A DNA stretch of 64,000 nucleotides from Rebecca billardiae RCC1528 (lineage: Eukaryota; Protista; Haptophyta): contig OZ251228.1 in NCBI GenBank assembly GCA_965240325.2, positions 1,240,001-1,304,000 of the forward strand, in the 5' to 3' direction. Each line of letters opens with the position of its first letter. Positions within the stretch are counted from its first letter, which is position 1. Below the pieces are notes generated by a model. The model saw only the letters and a program-made list of their open reading frames with translations, was not told the origin of the DNA and searched no databases. Of the stretch, positions 11,451-23,483 are shown piece by piece. The position numbers were made by a program, and so were the translations under genes.

Positions 11451-11714
11451 CGACGCCTGCATGCCGCTTCGATCATCAGTCCCGCCGCGCAACCCGTGCT
11501 CCGGGCATGCTCTCCTTCGCACGCCGTCAGGGCATGGGCTGCGCGCTCCGCGCACTCGTGCCACTGCCTAGATCGTCTGAAGCGTGACGAGACGTACGCC
11601 GACGGTCCGCCGTCGAGAGGGCCGCCGTCGTCGTCGTCGTACGGGTCTGGACTTGTTTTTTTTGGCCAATGAGAAAATGAAGCGCGATTGAAAAGAAAAA
11701 CGAACTCGTCAACG

Positions 11715-13277
11715 ATGGCGCCTCGATGGCGCCCGGCGCATCCGCCCAGCCAAGCCCGCTTCGAGCTCGCGCGCAGGCGCGGCAAGCCGGCGGTGCTGCG
11801 CGGCGGGTGCCGCAGCTGGCCGATCGTGCGCACGTGGACGCGCGCGCGCCTCGCTCGCGCCGAGCGCGAGACCGTCGTTGAGGCGCGCGTCGTGCGAGGC
11901 GGCGAGATCTCCGGCGCGGCAGGGGAGGAGGTGGTCACGAGCGTCCGCTTCGGCGCGGACTTCCTGCGCGCACGCCCGCTCGCGACGGCCGCCGAGTCGC
12001 TCTACCTCGCGCAGCTCGACGCGCGCGCCCTGCCCGCGCTCGATCGCGAGCTTCCGCGCGCGGGCCCTGGCTTCGCAGCGTCTGCGTCGCTCGGCCACGG
12101 CCGGCCACCCAGGCGGCTGCTTTGGATCAGCCGCGGCGCCGTGCGCTCGCGGCTCCACTATGACGCGTATGACAACGTGCTGTGCGTCGTGCGTGGCCGA
12201 AAGCGCGTCCGCCTCCTGCCGCCCTGTGCCGCCGCGCGGCGGATCGTCACGGCAGCGCCGGCCAGCGCGAGCGCGCCAAACCACGCGGCCGCTGCGCCGC
12301 GCTGGGCGGAGCAGCGCACGCGCGCGGCCGCGCGCTTCGTCACGCTGCGCGCGGGCGACGCGCTGTACATCCCGGAGGGCTGGTGGCACGAGGTGCGCAC
12401 CACCGGCCCGCTCGCCATCGCCGTCTCGTACTGGTGGCGCACGCCTCTCGGCAGCGCGCTGCTGTCCCTGCGCCCAGCGCGCTCCGAGCAGCGCGCCGCA
12501 GCGCGCGCGCCAGCACCGCGGCCGAGACGAGGCGACGTGGCGGAGGGCGCGCGCGGGCAGCGCGCGCCTTTGAGGAGCGCGTACGTGCTCCGCCGCGCGG
12601 CGGCGCAGCTGGTGGAGGACGAGCAGCGGCGCGCGCTCGACGCGCTCTCGCGCCGCCACGCGCCCACCCTTGAGCGCTCGAGCCTCCGAGACGCGCTTGG
12701 CGTTGGCCGCCGGCCGCCCACCGCCGCCGCGGGCGCGCGCCGCGCGCGCGCGCTCGCTGCTGCGGCGCTCTGGGTGGCCGCACCCGCCGAGCTGGCGCGC
12801 GCGCTGCAAGGCGAGGGCGGCGAGGCGCTGTCTGCGTGGCTGCGCGCGCTGCCTCCACGCGCGGCGTACGCGCTCGTCACCAAGCTTGAGCGCGAGGCTG
12901 CCTCACCGGAGCGCCTGCCCGAGCCGCCCGGTCCGCCCGCGGGGGGCAGCAGCTCGGCGGGTGCAGCCGGTGGGCGGCCGGCGCCGGTGAGCGACGCTGC
13001 CCTCTGTGCGGTGCCGACCGCGAAGAGGCAGGGCCGTGAGGCCGCCATGCCCACGCCCCCGTCGCTGGCGGTGACACTCTTCGCGGAGCCACCGTCGTGG
13101 TCCGATGCATCGGCGTGCGCCTGTGCGGCGGGTGCGGCTGAGGGCCTGAATCAGGTGGATGGCCGCGACGAGCCCCGGGCCGTGCTGATCGCCCGCGCCG
13201 AGCAGTACGGGCGCAGGGTGATGCGCCGGCTCGTTCCCGCTGCCCTTGGCCTGGTGCCATCGTCGGCGGATGTGTGA
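11715..13277 (+). CDS. JmjC/cupin-8 2-oxoglutarate-Fe(II) oxygenase
   Basis: LYLAQ, LWISRG..SRLHYDAYDNVLCVVRGRKRVRL, LRAGDALYIPEGWWHEV (HxD...H triad); first ATG at 11715. Confidence 0.85.
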   Translation: MAPRWRPAHPPSQARFELARRRGKPAVLRGGCRSWPIVRTWTRARLARAERETVVEARVVRGGEISGAAGEEVVTSVRFGADFLRARPLATAAESLYLAQLDARALPALDRELPRAGPGFAASASLGHGRPPRRLLWISRGAVRSRLHYDAYDNVLCVVRGRKRVRLLPPCAAARRIVTAAPASASAPNHAAAAPRWAEQRTRAAARFVTLRAGDALYIPEGWWHEVRTTGPLAIAVSYWWRTPLGSALLSLRPARSEQRAAARAPAPRPRRGDVAEGARGQRAPLRSAYVLRRAAAQLVEDEQRRALDALSRRHAPTLERSSLRDALGVGRRPPTAAAGARRARALAAAALWVAAPAELARALQGEGGEALSAWLRALPPRAAYALVTKLEREAASPERLPEPPGPPAGGSSSAGAAGGRPAPVSDAALCAVPTAKRQGREAAMPTPPSLAVTLFAEPPSWSDASACACAAGAAEGLNQVDGRDEPRAVLIARAEQYGRRVMRRLVPAALGLVPSSADV

Positions 13278-14277
13278 CTGCGCTGCGCATTGGCGGCGCG
13301 GCATCATTGCTGCTGCTAGCTTATAAATCGGCGGACGGCGCGGCAGCCCGCAGCCGATAACGATTGACTATTGATAATTGAGGCCGCCACTGTGACGCCG
13401 GGGACCGTCGGCAGGCTGCCGAGACTAATAAGACTGTTCGAGTGTTCGATGCCAGCACTCGGTCACTAGAAGCTTTGTCAGCAGTGCATCGTGATCGTCC
13501 GTTGACCGGCTGCGCGATGACACAATCGGCCTAGGTCCTGCATGGCTGCACCTCGAATGTTTCGTTCCGGTCCGCGCGGGGGCACAGCCCATCATCAATC
13601 AGTGCAGCTGACGTCATCGTCCCTCGCCGCACCATCCCTCGCACACATCGTCAGAGACCATGATTATCCTCGTGTACGCGCGCTGCTCACCGAACTGCAC
13701 CCGTGCCGAAGTGCGCCACCGGACGCTGCACGACTTGCTGCTGTACGAATCAAAACCGCGCAGAACGCTGCGTCGGAACAATTCTACCCGCCAACGCGCA
13801 GTGCAACGCGTGTGATCAACGCGTGCGGCAGCTAGAAACGTTCTTCAAGCGCGAGGCCGCCGACGTTCATGCGGCCATCTGGCTCGCACATGCTCTTTCT
13901 TCGCCGCCCTGCACCCACGCACGCACGTCTGCGGACGAGTCGACGACGAGGCTGCACCGGCAGGCTTCCGGCCGAGCGTTCGGATCTTCGATTAATATTC
14001 CTCGGATTTCTCACGAATGGATCCAGAGCATCGATCCTGATAATACAGTGATACTTTCAAACTTGGGGACCGTTTACTTTCATATATTGGGCCTTCTAGG
14101 CCACAACCCACAAAAATGTGTGACTACCTTACTCACCACATACGACAATAGTTCTATATATATATATGATCGTCGCAAATTCGCGATAGAATCTAGGACA
14201 CGTGACCAATATTGCCGTGAAACGGGCAAACGGCTTGGCTGCACGCCCTCTTCCGCAGCAAAGCCGAGCCTGCTGCC

Positions 14278-16002
14278 ATGCGCGCCATCACCTCCCTCGT
14301 CGCGGTCGTCCTCTCGTCTGCCGTGCTGTGCGAGGCCTACGACGCGCGGCTGCCTAACGGCATAGACGCACTGCTTGGGGATCCCTATCCATCCCTCACC
14401 GAGAACTTCTACGAGGCGCGGGACGGTGCCGATCAGGTTGATGTGCGCGGCGGCGACTCCGGGCGCGGCTGGGGAAACCCGTACAGTGGTATGCTCTACG
14501 CTGGTGGAGACGTGGAAAATGTCATCTTCGGCAGTGCCGGCGGCGATTCTCTGACAGGAGGAAATGCTCGTTCAGTGACCAACTCGGAGCCAGCCGGCGA
14601 TGTGGTGAACCGCCTGTACGGTCAGGCCGGCGACGACAGTATCGTGGGCGGGAATGCTGATGCGTGGACGCCCGTCGGCGCGGCGGTGAAGGAATCGGTG
14701 AGGAACTACCTGTATGGTGTGATGCGCGCATGCGCCACCCTGCGCCGCCCATGTGTGCCGCCTGCCGTCTGACTGGCTTTGAGCTCTTGTCGCGCGATGT
14801 TCTCACCCAGCAACTGATCTCCCTGACTCCCTAACGCCTCTTATGCTGCTGGCTGGATGGACCTGTGCCTGGCAGGTGGTGACGGCGACGACACCCTGAC
14901 GGGTGGTGCCAATTTGTCTCCGCTGGAAGTGTCCGCATCCGTCTACAACTTCATCCATGGTGCGTACTGCTGCTATTGCCACTGGACTGCGTGCTATGTG
15001 CGTCCGCTGCACACTCACCGCCTGTCTGTGCCTGCTGCGCATCCTGCTACAGTAGCAGTGGCGCTGCTGAATGAATGTCAAAGCGTGGCAAGTGCATGGC
15101 ACTCATTGACTGGCCTGTGCTGCGCGCGCGCTCGATTGTGACCATGGATGCCGCGCCGCCGCGCAGGTGGTAGCGGCCAAGACTATGTGGACGCTGTCAC
15201 AGATTTACCTTTTTTTTTAAATAAGGAATCGTCATTCGTGTACGTCGCTGGCGACGGTGAAGTGGACGTTGTGCGTGCGGATGACGGCAAGTATGACTAC
15301 ATCCGCGCCGACCTGAACGACGTTGTCTACCACGACATTGGCATTGACAGGCTCGTGCGGGCTACTCCAACTCCAAGTCCAACGCCGGAGCCCTCGCCGA
15401 CGCCCACGCCGACGCCGAAGCCACCTTTGCCCACTCCAAGCCCAACGCCGGAGCCCACACCAGAGCCCACGCCCGAGCCTACTCCAGAGCCCACGCCAGA
15501 GCCCACGCCAGAGCCCACGCCAGAGCCCACGCCAGAGCCGAAGCCTTCGCCCACGCCAGAGCCGAAGCCTTCGCCCACGCCAGAGCCCACGCCGCTGCCC
15601 TCGCCGAGTCCGAAGCCCACGCCTTCGCCCACACCAGAGCCCACGCCAGAGCCCACGCCAGAGCCCACGCCGCTGCCCTCGCCGGGTCCGACGCCCACGC
15701 CTTCGCCCACACCAGAGCCCACGCCTTCGCCCGCGCCAGAGCCCACGCCGACGCCCACGCCGCCTGGCGAGGAGCCCAATGAACCAGAGCCGTCGGCATC
15801 GCCCGCCCCGATCATTTGCCCGCAGAACTGCAGGCCCGCCATCTCGACACGCCGTGAGCTCTCAAGCTCGCGCCAGGACGCTCGCGGGCGCGGCCGGAAG
15901 GCGCTGCTGTTTGGCCATTTCAACACGTTCAAGTGCCCCGAGGGATGCGAGCCGGCGGTGGCAGGCGGATTTCCCCTCACCCGTCACTGGCTGCTGTCTT
16001 AA
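14278..16002 (+). CDS. Secreted protein with RTX/hemolysin-type Ca-binding repeats, (PEPT/PSPT)n stalk and Cys-flanked C-terminal module (exons 14278-14716, 14876-14959, 15167-16002)
   Basis: Signal peptide [20 protein letters not shown]; nonapeptide-like [49 protein letters not shown]; both phase-1 GT-AG introns restore the frame. Confidence 0.8.
15361..15770 (+). repeat. Coding tandem repeat (12-bp CCAGAGCCCACG; PEPT/PSPT)
   Basis: Direct inspection. Confidence 0.9.
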
Positions 16003-16529
16003 GCTCGCGCCGATCGGTCCGACGAATCATCAAGGCCGCCGGGCCGCTGTCCCGCGCCGAGTGCTGACGGCGTTAGGCCGTTACGAGCCCGAGTACTCCC
16101 GCCTGCTCATCGGGCTCGGCTGCCAGTGCACAGTGCCACTCGGCGAGTCGGCGCCACGCGCCGTCACCCGCGTCTGCCGCCTGAGGGCTGCCTGAGGCGC
16201 CCGTGCGGGCGTGCGGCGTGCTGATGCTCGCCGTCGGATCGGTCTGACGAATCACAGACGAGGCCGCCGGGCCGCTACACTGTCGGGGCGTGACGATACT
16301 GATATATAGAGAGTACTGCGGGCACTCCGCACTTCGGTCATTAAGTTAATGGAGGACTGGCCGCGGAACGTGTATTCAGGCTGTAGGCCGTCGCCGTCCG
16401 GCCGTCGCGTAGCCGGTCGTACTGTTCAACTGCCTTGCAGGTCTGTGTTGGCTTCGCGCTGCCCGCGCACGGCTCGTGCACACGAAGGGAGGCCCAGCGG
16501 CACAACCCTCAGCCCGCTCAGCGCGCGTC

Positions 16530-16928
16530 TTACTCCACGCCTGCGTAGAACTTGGTCAAGAAGTCTGACTGGCGGAGCTTGTCGATCTCCTTCACCTCGA
16601 GATATTTGTCAAAGAACGCGTTCACGTGCGTGTCGCCCGTCCACACGTGCAACACCTCCTCCAGATCCATGCGCCCCTTCTTGATAAGCCGGTCGATCTC
16701 GTTGATGTCGTCCAGGTGCGCTCGCTCGCGGAACTGCGCGCCGATCACGGCCGTCATCGCGCGCTCCGAGTATTTGACTTGGTACGCCTGCTTGATCCAG
16801 GGCACGTGCCGGAGCCAGTCGCGGTACAGCTTGATCACGCGCGTGTGCGAGTGGGCGAGATCGGGCGAGGCGATCGCCTTCTCGCTGAGGTTGGTGATCA
16901 TCATCTTGATCGTCGAGGCCCCCGCCAT
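16530..16928 (-). CDS. NDUFA6: NADH:ubiquinone oxidoreductase subunit A6 (B14, LYR family)
   Basis: RVIKLYRDWLRHVP (LYR motif)...IDRLIKKGRMDLEEVLHVW..DTHV...SDFLTKFYAG; 132 aa. Confidence 0.9.
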   Translation of the reverse strand: MAGASTIKMMITNLSEKAIASPDLAHSHTRVIKLYRDWLRHVPWIKQAYQVKYSERAMTAVIGAQFRERAHLDDINEIDRLIKKGRMDLEEVLHVWTGDTHVNAFFDKYLEVKEIDKLRQSDFLTKFYAGVE

Positions 16929-17112
16929 TGCGAGCGAGCCACGAGTGGCGGCGCGAGGCGGCAGCCACCCTGCTTGCAAGCTCGCAGTGCGAGGGCTCCG
17001 AAAGTCCGGGCACCAAGCTCGCTGGTGAGCAAGCACGCCGGACTTCGGCGCGGTCGACGACGGCCCTCGAGCTGCTGCTTTTGGCGGTTGGAAAGCAAAG
17101 GCTGCCGCCACC

Positions 17113-20100
17113 ATGTCAGCGGCGGAGCAGGTCGTGCGAGCCCGGCCTCGACGGCGGCAGGGCGGCGCGGCGGAGGAGGCCGTCGACCCTGCCGAGGCGT
17201 CGACCTTGCTGGTGCGTCGCGCGCGCCGCCGCGAGACCGTCCACGCGCGCGCGTCACGCTGAGCGCGAGCGCGCGGTTGCGTGCGCGCGCGACGGCGCGC
17301 GCGCGTTACGCAGGGCGGCGATGACGAGGGCATCCAGACGGCGCCGGCGCGGGGTGGGCGTGCGGCACGCCGGCTCGCGACGAGCGCGTCGCCCACGCGC
17401 GCGCCCGAGCAGGAGGACGAGCGCGCGCTCACCGCGCCCTCCCGCCAGCAGCAGGAGGCGGACGCGAGCACGGCTCCGGCCGGTGGGCGCGCCGCTCGGC
17501 GTCGCCGGCAGCTTCCGGGCGACGGCGCTGCGGGCGAGGCGGAGGACGCGGCTGCGTCGAGCGACGCGCTGATCCAGCCGGCCGCCGACGACGCCGCCCG
17601 CTCCACCTCGGCGCGCCGACGCCGGCAGCGCCCGCGCGCCCCGCCCGGAGCGACGGACACGCCGGCGGCCGAGGCGCCGGCCGCGGACCCTGAGGGTGAG
17701 GATGGCGCCTCGACGCGGCGGCGGGGCTTCTTCGCGCGCGGGAAGAGCCCTGCGCGGCCCGCGACGGCGGACAGCGCGCCGACCGGCGGCAGAGCCGGCG
17801 CTGGCCTCATGCAGCGCATCCGCGCGGGCTCGTCACGGCTGCGGCGCGCCGAGGGCGCGCCCGCCGCCGCGGCGGCCGAGGAGGGCGGCGCGGAGGGCGG
17901 CGCGGAGGGCGGCGCGCCTGCACCGGACGAGGGCGCGCCTGCCGCCGCGGCGGCGCCCGCCGCGGAGCACGTCGAGACGCGGCGCGAGTGGCTGCTGGAC
18001 TCGGTGGTGCGCGGCGTGGTCACGCAGACCGACATGGACAAGCAGCTCGCCATCGAAGAGCGGCTGTACACCGACCGGCGGCGGCTGCTGGATGAGGCTC
18101 GAACACGCGAGGGGCGGCGCGCAGACGAGCGCGCGATGCTTGTCGCCGGCTCGGCGGGCGCTGTGGACGAGGGGTTCTTCGTGGAGCACCCGCCGCCGAT
18201 GACGGACCTGCAGATCACGCTGCTGCTCGCGCGGCTCTCCGCCGTGCGCGACGCCGACGCCGACGCCGACGGCGCCGACGGCGCCGATGTGCCCGACGCC
18301 GACTCAGACGAGGCGCGGCGCCGCGCGCGCGCCGCGTCGCGCGGCGGGTCCGACGCCGTGCCGCCGCTGCAGCCCGACCCGCTGCGGCCGGGCGCGGGCG
18401 TGCCGTACTTTGTGCACACGGACGGGCACGCGGACGACGCGGCTAACCTCTCGCGCGTGCACGTGCCGCGCCTCGTGCGCACGGCGCCCGGCACGGCGAG
18501 CGGCGGCGGTGCGGGCGGCGGCGGCGGCGGCGCGGGCGGCGGCGCGGGCGGCGCCGGCGGGCGACAATTCGACGCCGCGCTTGCTGGGGTGACGGCCGAG
18601 TGGCGCGGGCCGCTGGAGATGAGCGTGAGCGTGCTCGGCGGGATCGTGCTCGACCACCCGCTCTTCTCGCCCGAGCTGCTCGCCGCGCAGCGCCTCACCG
18701 CCGCGTACACCACGTGGCAGCAGCACGCGGCGCGGCGCGACGCCGCTAAGCTAGGCTCGCGCATCGACGGGCTTCGCGCCGAGTGCGCCGAGGCGCGGCG
18801 GCGGCTGGACGGCGGGGAGCAGGGCGGCGGCGGCGCGGAGGGCGTGGGCCAGAGCGCGCCGGCGCTCTCGCAGCTGCACGCGCTGTACGCCGAGCTGCTC
18901 CAGGCGCTCGCGAGCCGCGACGAGGCCGAGTACGAGGCGCGCGTCCTCGCGCGCCGCGCGCTCGCGTGCTGGCGCGCCTTGCGCGACGCGCGGCGCGCGG
19001 CCGGCTTCACCACGACGTCCGTCACGCTGCGCGTGCGCGCGATCGAGCACGGCGACGAGGGCGCGGCGCGGGAGGAGGCGCTGCGCGCAGAGGTCGAGGC
19101 GATGCGCACCGCGCACGAGCTCCGCGCCCGGCTGCGCGCGCTGCAGCGGCAGGGCGAGCGCTCAGAGACCCCCCGCACGGGCGCAAGCGGCGCAAGCGGC
19201 GGCGGCTCGCGGCGCGGCAGCGGCGGCGGCGGCGGCGGCGGCGCCGACGCGCGCGCCGACGCGCCCTTCGACGAGGCGGCGGCGACGCGCGCGACGCGCG
19301 AGCGGCAGTCGTTCTGCCTGCGCCCGCGCGACGAGCCCGCGCTCTCCCTCCGCCTCGGCGTCGACGAGGCGCAGCTCACGCCCGCCGAGCAGCTGCCTCG
19401 GGAGGAGCGAAGGCGGCAGCGGCAGCTGGGAGGGCTCGCGCTCGGCGGCGTGCTGCGCGTGAACGGTCACGTGGCGGGGCACCTGCCGCCGCGGCCGCTC
19501 TCGCCGACGGACGGGCGGGTGTACTGGGGCGAGGCGCTCGCGGTCGAGCTGTGGGCCATGCCCTCCTCCGTCGTGCTCGAGCTCTTCGAGCGGCGCGTCC
19601 TCTCGCCCGCCACGCCGTCCGTCGGTGCGATCCCGCTGGCCGTGCCGACGTCTGAGGCGGCCCTCGGCTCGAGCTACTCGAGCGGCGCGCACGCGTACTC
19701 GTTCGCGGCGGCGCGCTCGTTCACGCGGCCGGCGGGCGCGGTGCCGCCCGCGCCCGCGCCGCCGAGCCCGAGCGCGACGGGGCGGCGCGGCAGCCTCGGC
19801 GCCTCCGCCGCCGCCGCCGGCGCCGGCGGCGCGGACGGCGGCGCGGCCGCGCGCCCGGCGCTTGTCGCCGCCGGCGCGGAGGTGGGCGCAACGTGCGGCA
19901 CTGTTGACATCTCGGTCGTGTGGGCGTCGACGCACGAGCCGTGGGGCGGCGCGCGCGGCGCGGCGGCCGCGGCGGCGGCGGCGGCGGCGCGCGCCCACGC
20001 CCCGCACGCCCACGCCCACGCCGCCTCCGCGTCGGGCGCGCGCGTGCGCGCCGGAGGCGTGAGCGCGGGCGGCCTGCTGAACCCGAGCCACGTGCACGGC

Positions 20101-23100
20101 TGGCTCGCGTCTGCAGCACTCGACCCGAACGACCCGCGCGACACGCCGCTGCTGCGGCTGCTGCGCGCGGCGGAGTCGAAGCTGAGCGCGTCGCGCGCGT
20201 TCCGCGTGTGCAAGCTCGAGCAGGACGGCCACTGGGCCCGCGCCGACGCGCTGCCCTCGACCCGCGTCGCGCTGCTCAAGCTGCGCGCGGCGCGGCCCGG
20301 ACTTGTAGCGGAGCCCATCCCAGCGCGCGACAGCGCGATTCGCGAGGAGCTCGCGGCGCTGGTGGCGCCGTCGGGCGCGGAGGACGAGCGCGCGGACGGC
20401 GGCGGCGGGTGGGACGAGCCCGCCGACCGCGAGGCCGAGTGGGCCGCGCTCACCTCCGGCCGGCGGAAGGTCGCCGCCTTCCTCGCGCGCGTCGCGCGCG
20501 CGCGCGCCGCGCGCGAGGATTTGAAGGGCGTCGCGCCGCGCACGGTGAGTGACGTGGTTCAAGAGCCGCAGGACGATCTGGCGGCTGTGGCGTGCGAGTG
20601 CAACTGCGCGCCGCTGCTCGAGCTGCTGCGCCCGCGGCGCAAGCTGCGCCCGCGCCGCCGCCCGCGAGCGCCGGACTACGACGCGGCCGAGCGGACGCTG
20701 CTGATCGGCGTGAAGCGCGCGCACGGACTGCCCGCGCGCACGCGAGCGTACGGCGGCGGCGCGGAGGAAGCGCTTTCGCCCTTTGTGCAGTTCGCGCTGG
20801 CGGACGCGTCGGTGCGCACGACGACCAAGTCGGGCCCCGCGCCGCAGTGGAACGAGACGCTGAGCCTGCCGCTCCCGCGCTCCGTGCGCATCGGCCAGGT
20901 CGACGCGCGCGAGTTCGCCGCCACCTCCACCATGCTCTACTGCTCGGTCTTCGACGAGGCCGTTTCCGCGAAAGCGCTCGGCGGCGCCGACGCGGGCGCG
21001 CTCGGCGCGAGCGGGCTTCTCTCGGGCGGCGCGGGGCCGGCGTCGCGCACCACGCTCGGCGCCTCCGCCGCCTCGCTGCGCGGCGCGCCCTCGCGCGGCG
21101 GCGCGGCCACGCCAGACCCGAGCGGCGTGCCGCGGCCGCCCTCGTCCGCGGGCGGGCTTTCGACCTCGCGGCGGCGCGGCGGCGAGGACGCGGCCGCGGC
21201 CGAGGCGGAGGAGATGGCGGCGGACGCGGCGGTGCGGCGCTCGCAGCTGCTCCGCACGGGCGGCACCGGCGTCGGCGGCGCGCAGCTGCACACGCGGCGG
21301 CACTACCTCGGCACGCTCGCCATCCCGCTCGCCACCATCCTCCGCGAGGCGCGCGTCGAGGGCACGTTTGAACTGCGCGTGCCGCCGATGCTGATTGCGC
21401 ATGCGCTCGCGGGCGACGCGGAGGGCGAGGGCGCGCGCGAGCCGCGCGCGCCGCGGCGCACGGCGACGCACGCGCAGGGCGGCGGCGGCGGCGGCGGCGG
21501 CGGCGCGTCGGCCGCGACGCCCTTCGGCGGCGGCGCGGCGCAGGCGGTGCCCGCGCGCCGCGCCGCGGGCGTCCCCGCCGCCGGCCGCGCCGCCCTGTCT
21601 CTGTTCGTTACCGTCGAGCCCCCGCTGCCGCCGCCGCCGCGACCGGAGCTCGAGCTGCCGGCCAACTCCGAGGAGGGCGCGCTGGTCGGCCTCGCGCGCC
21701 GCTTCGGCGAGAGCGTGCGCGCGCTCGGCGCGTTCTCGCGCGCGCGCCGCCCGCTGCAGCTCTTCGCGACCAACTCCGAAGGCGAGCCGACATTCGTCTG
21801 CCGGTGCGCGCGGCGCGGCCGGCGCGGCGCGCGCCGGTGCGCCGGAGCGCGCGGCCGTGCCGCCGCGCGGTGCGCCAGGCGCCCCAAGCGCGCGGCGCCT
21901 CGGCGTGACGCGCCGCGCGCGCCGTCTCGCGCGCTCTCTCACGCGCGCACGCGCGCGCGCACCGCATGCCGCACGCCGCCGCGCCGCGCGTGGCCCCCGC
22001 CGCAGCTACGTGCGCGCGCAGCTGCCGCCCTCCGAGCTGCGGACCAAGCCGGAGCTGCTGCGGTTTGTGCGGCTGATTCCGTTTCTGGAGGACCTGGCCA
22101 CAAACGTCGAGGCGAAGCAGGACGTGTGGACGACCACCGCCGAGTTCCTCGCGATCGGCGCCGGTGCGCGCGGCCGCCGCCGCTGGTGGCGGTGCCGCCC
22201 CCGCGCGCGAGGTGCGAGGCCTCGGCTCAGCTCACGCGCGCGCGCCGCGCCGCCCCCTGCTGCGCGCGCCCGCCCCGCCCGCCTCGCCTGGGCCGCGGCC
22301 GTTGCTGCGGCTGCGCTCGGCTGCGCTCGTGCGTCCCTCCGCAGGTGACTGGGAGGAGCATGCGATCCTGCTGTGCAACTACCTGCTGCAGCGGGGCGAG
22401 GACACGTACGTGGTGCTCGGGCGCACGGCGCTCGACGGCGTCGCGACGTACGTCCTCTCGCGCGAGGGCGGGCGCTCTGAGGGCATGCTCTACGACGCGA
22501 CCACCGGCACCGCCTACTCGACGACCGACGTGCACTGCCCGCTCGGCGCTGTCGGGATGGTATTCAACGGGAGCAACGTGTGGGCGAACGTGCAGCTCGC
22601 CGACACGCCCTCGCAGATGTCGTGGGCGCTCGGCGACCCCGTCGCGTGGAAGCGCCTCTTCACCGAGACCAACTGCACGCCGGAGCAGATCGAGCGATGG
22701 ACAGCGACTGTGCAGGTGCGTGCGCGCGCGCGCGGCGCGACGCGCGGCGTGGCGCGACACACGCGCCGCTGCGCGCGCGCCGAGGTGGCGTGCGCGAGTG
22801 CGGCGCGGCGTGCGGCGCTCCGTGGGCCGGCGGCGAGCGCGTCGGCGGCTCCACGCGCGCCGCCCCCTCGCCCTCTCCTCCCGCCACCCCTCGCCGCCCT
22901 CCGCCTCCGCCGCGCGGCGCAGGTCGACCGCCCCGTGTACACTCGCACGCCCGACGAGGACCGCAACGACCTGGAGTTCGAGGTGGAGCGCGCGCTGCGC
23001 GCGCACATCGAGGACCGGAGGTGGGCGCGCGCGCGGCAGGCGGCGGCGCCGGCACGCGCGTCCGCGCCCACCGCGCCGCACGTGTGGGCTCCGCCGCTCA

Positions 23101-23483
23101 CGGCGTGTGCGCCCGCGCGCGCGCGCGCGCCGCCCGGTGCGCGCAGAGGCGCCCGCCCGACCGACTGGAACAACAACGTGAAGCGGATCCTGAAGGGGAT
23201 TCTCGGCAGGCTCGAGGGTGACGTGCGCGAGGGCGTGCGCCCGAAGCCGGCCGAGCTGCGCGCCGAGCTCTCGCAGACGCTGCAGTCGTACGCCATGGTC
23301 GGCTTCCCGCTCAACGTGACGTGGACGGACATCCAACCAATCATCGACGCGGTCGATGCGACGGACATCCACAACAACTCGGGCAAGGAGCTCAAGTTCG
23401 CGCTGGCCGTGCACGTCGTGCCGTATCCCAACGCCGTGTACTCCATCTGGGTGTACGTCGCCGCGCTCACGAGCACGAGATGA
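17113..23483 (+). CDS. CC2D2A: Coiled-coil and C2 domain protein 2A (MKS6), ciliary transition zone; multi-exon
   Basis: LDHPLFSPE, LDPNDPR, PRRKLRPRR, C2 domain (RAHGLP...SPFVQ...GPAPQWNETL), LRFVRLIPFLED, transglutaminase-like GDWEEHAILLCNY, C-terminal GFPLN...FALAVHVVPYPNAVYSIWVY. Exon limits inferred from GT/AG sites. Confidence 0.9.

Noticed and set aside
13703-14365. Cys-rich 220-aa ORF
   Set aside because: Non-ATG start, heterogeneous composition and no recognisable domain; possibly a relic but unsupported.
15361-15770. Regular short repeats as a possible CRISPR array
   Set aside because: Tandem coding repeats without unique spacers; eukaryotic context and no cas genes.
16009-16276. 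Two diverged ~40-bp direct repeats (gatcggtc.gacgaatca...aggccgccgggccgct)
   Set aside because: Short, no TSD or TIR; treated as a local duplication in a convergent spacer.
16929-19379. 949-aa minus-strand ORF extending NDUFA6 upstream
   Set aside because: Antisense shadow of GC-rich CC2D2A; only the last 132 codons are NDUFA6.
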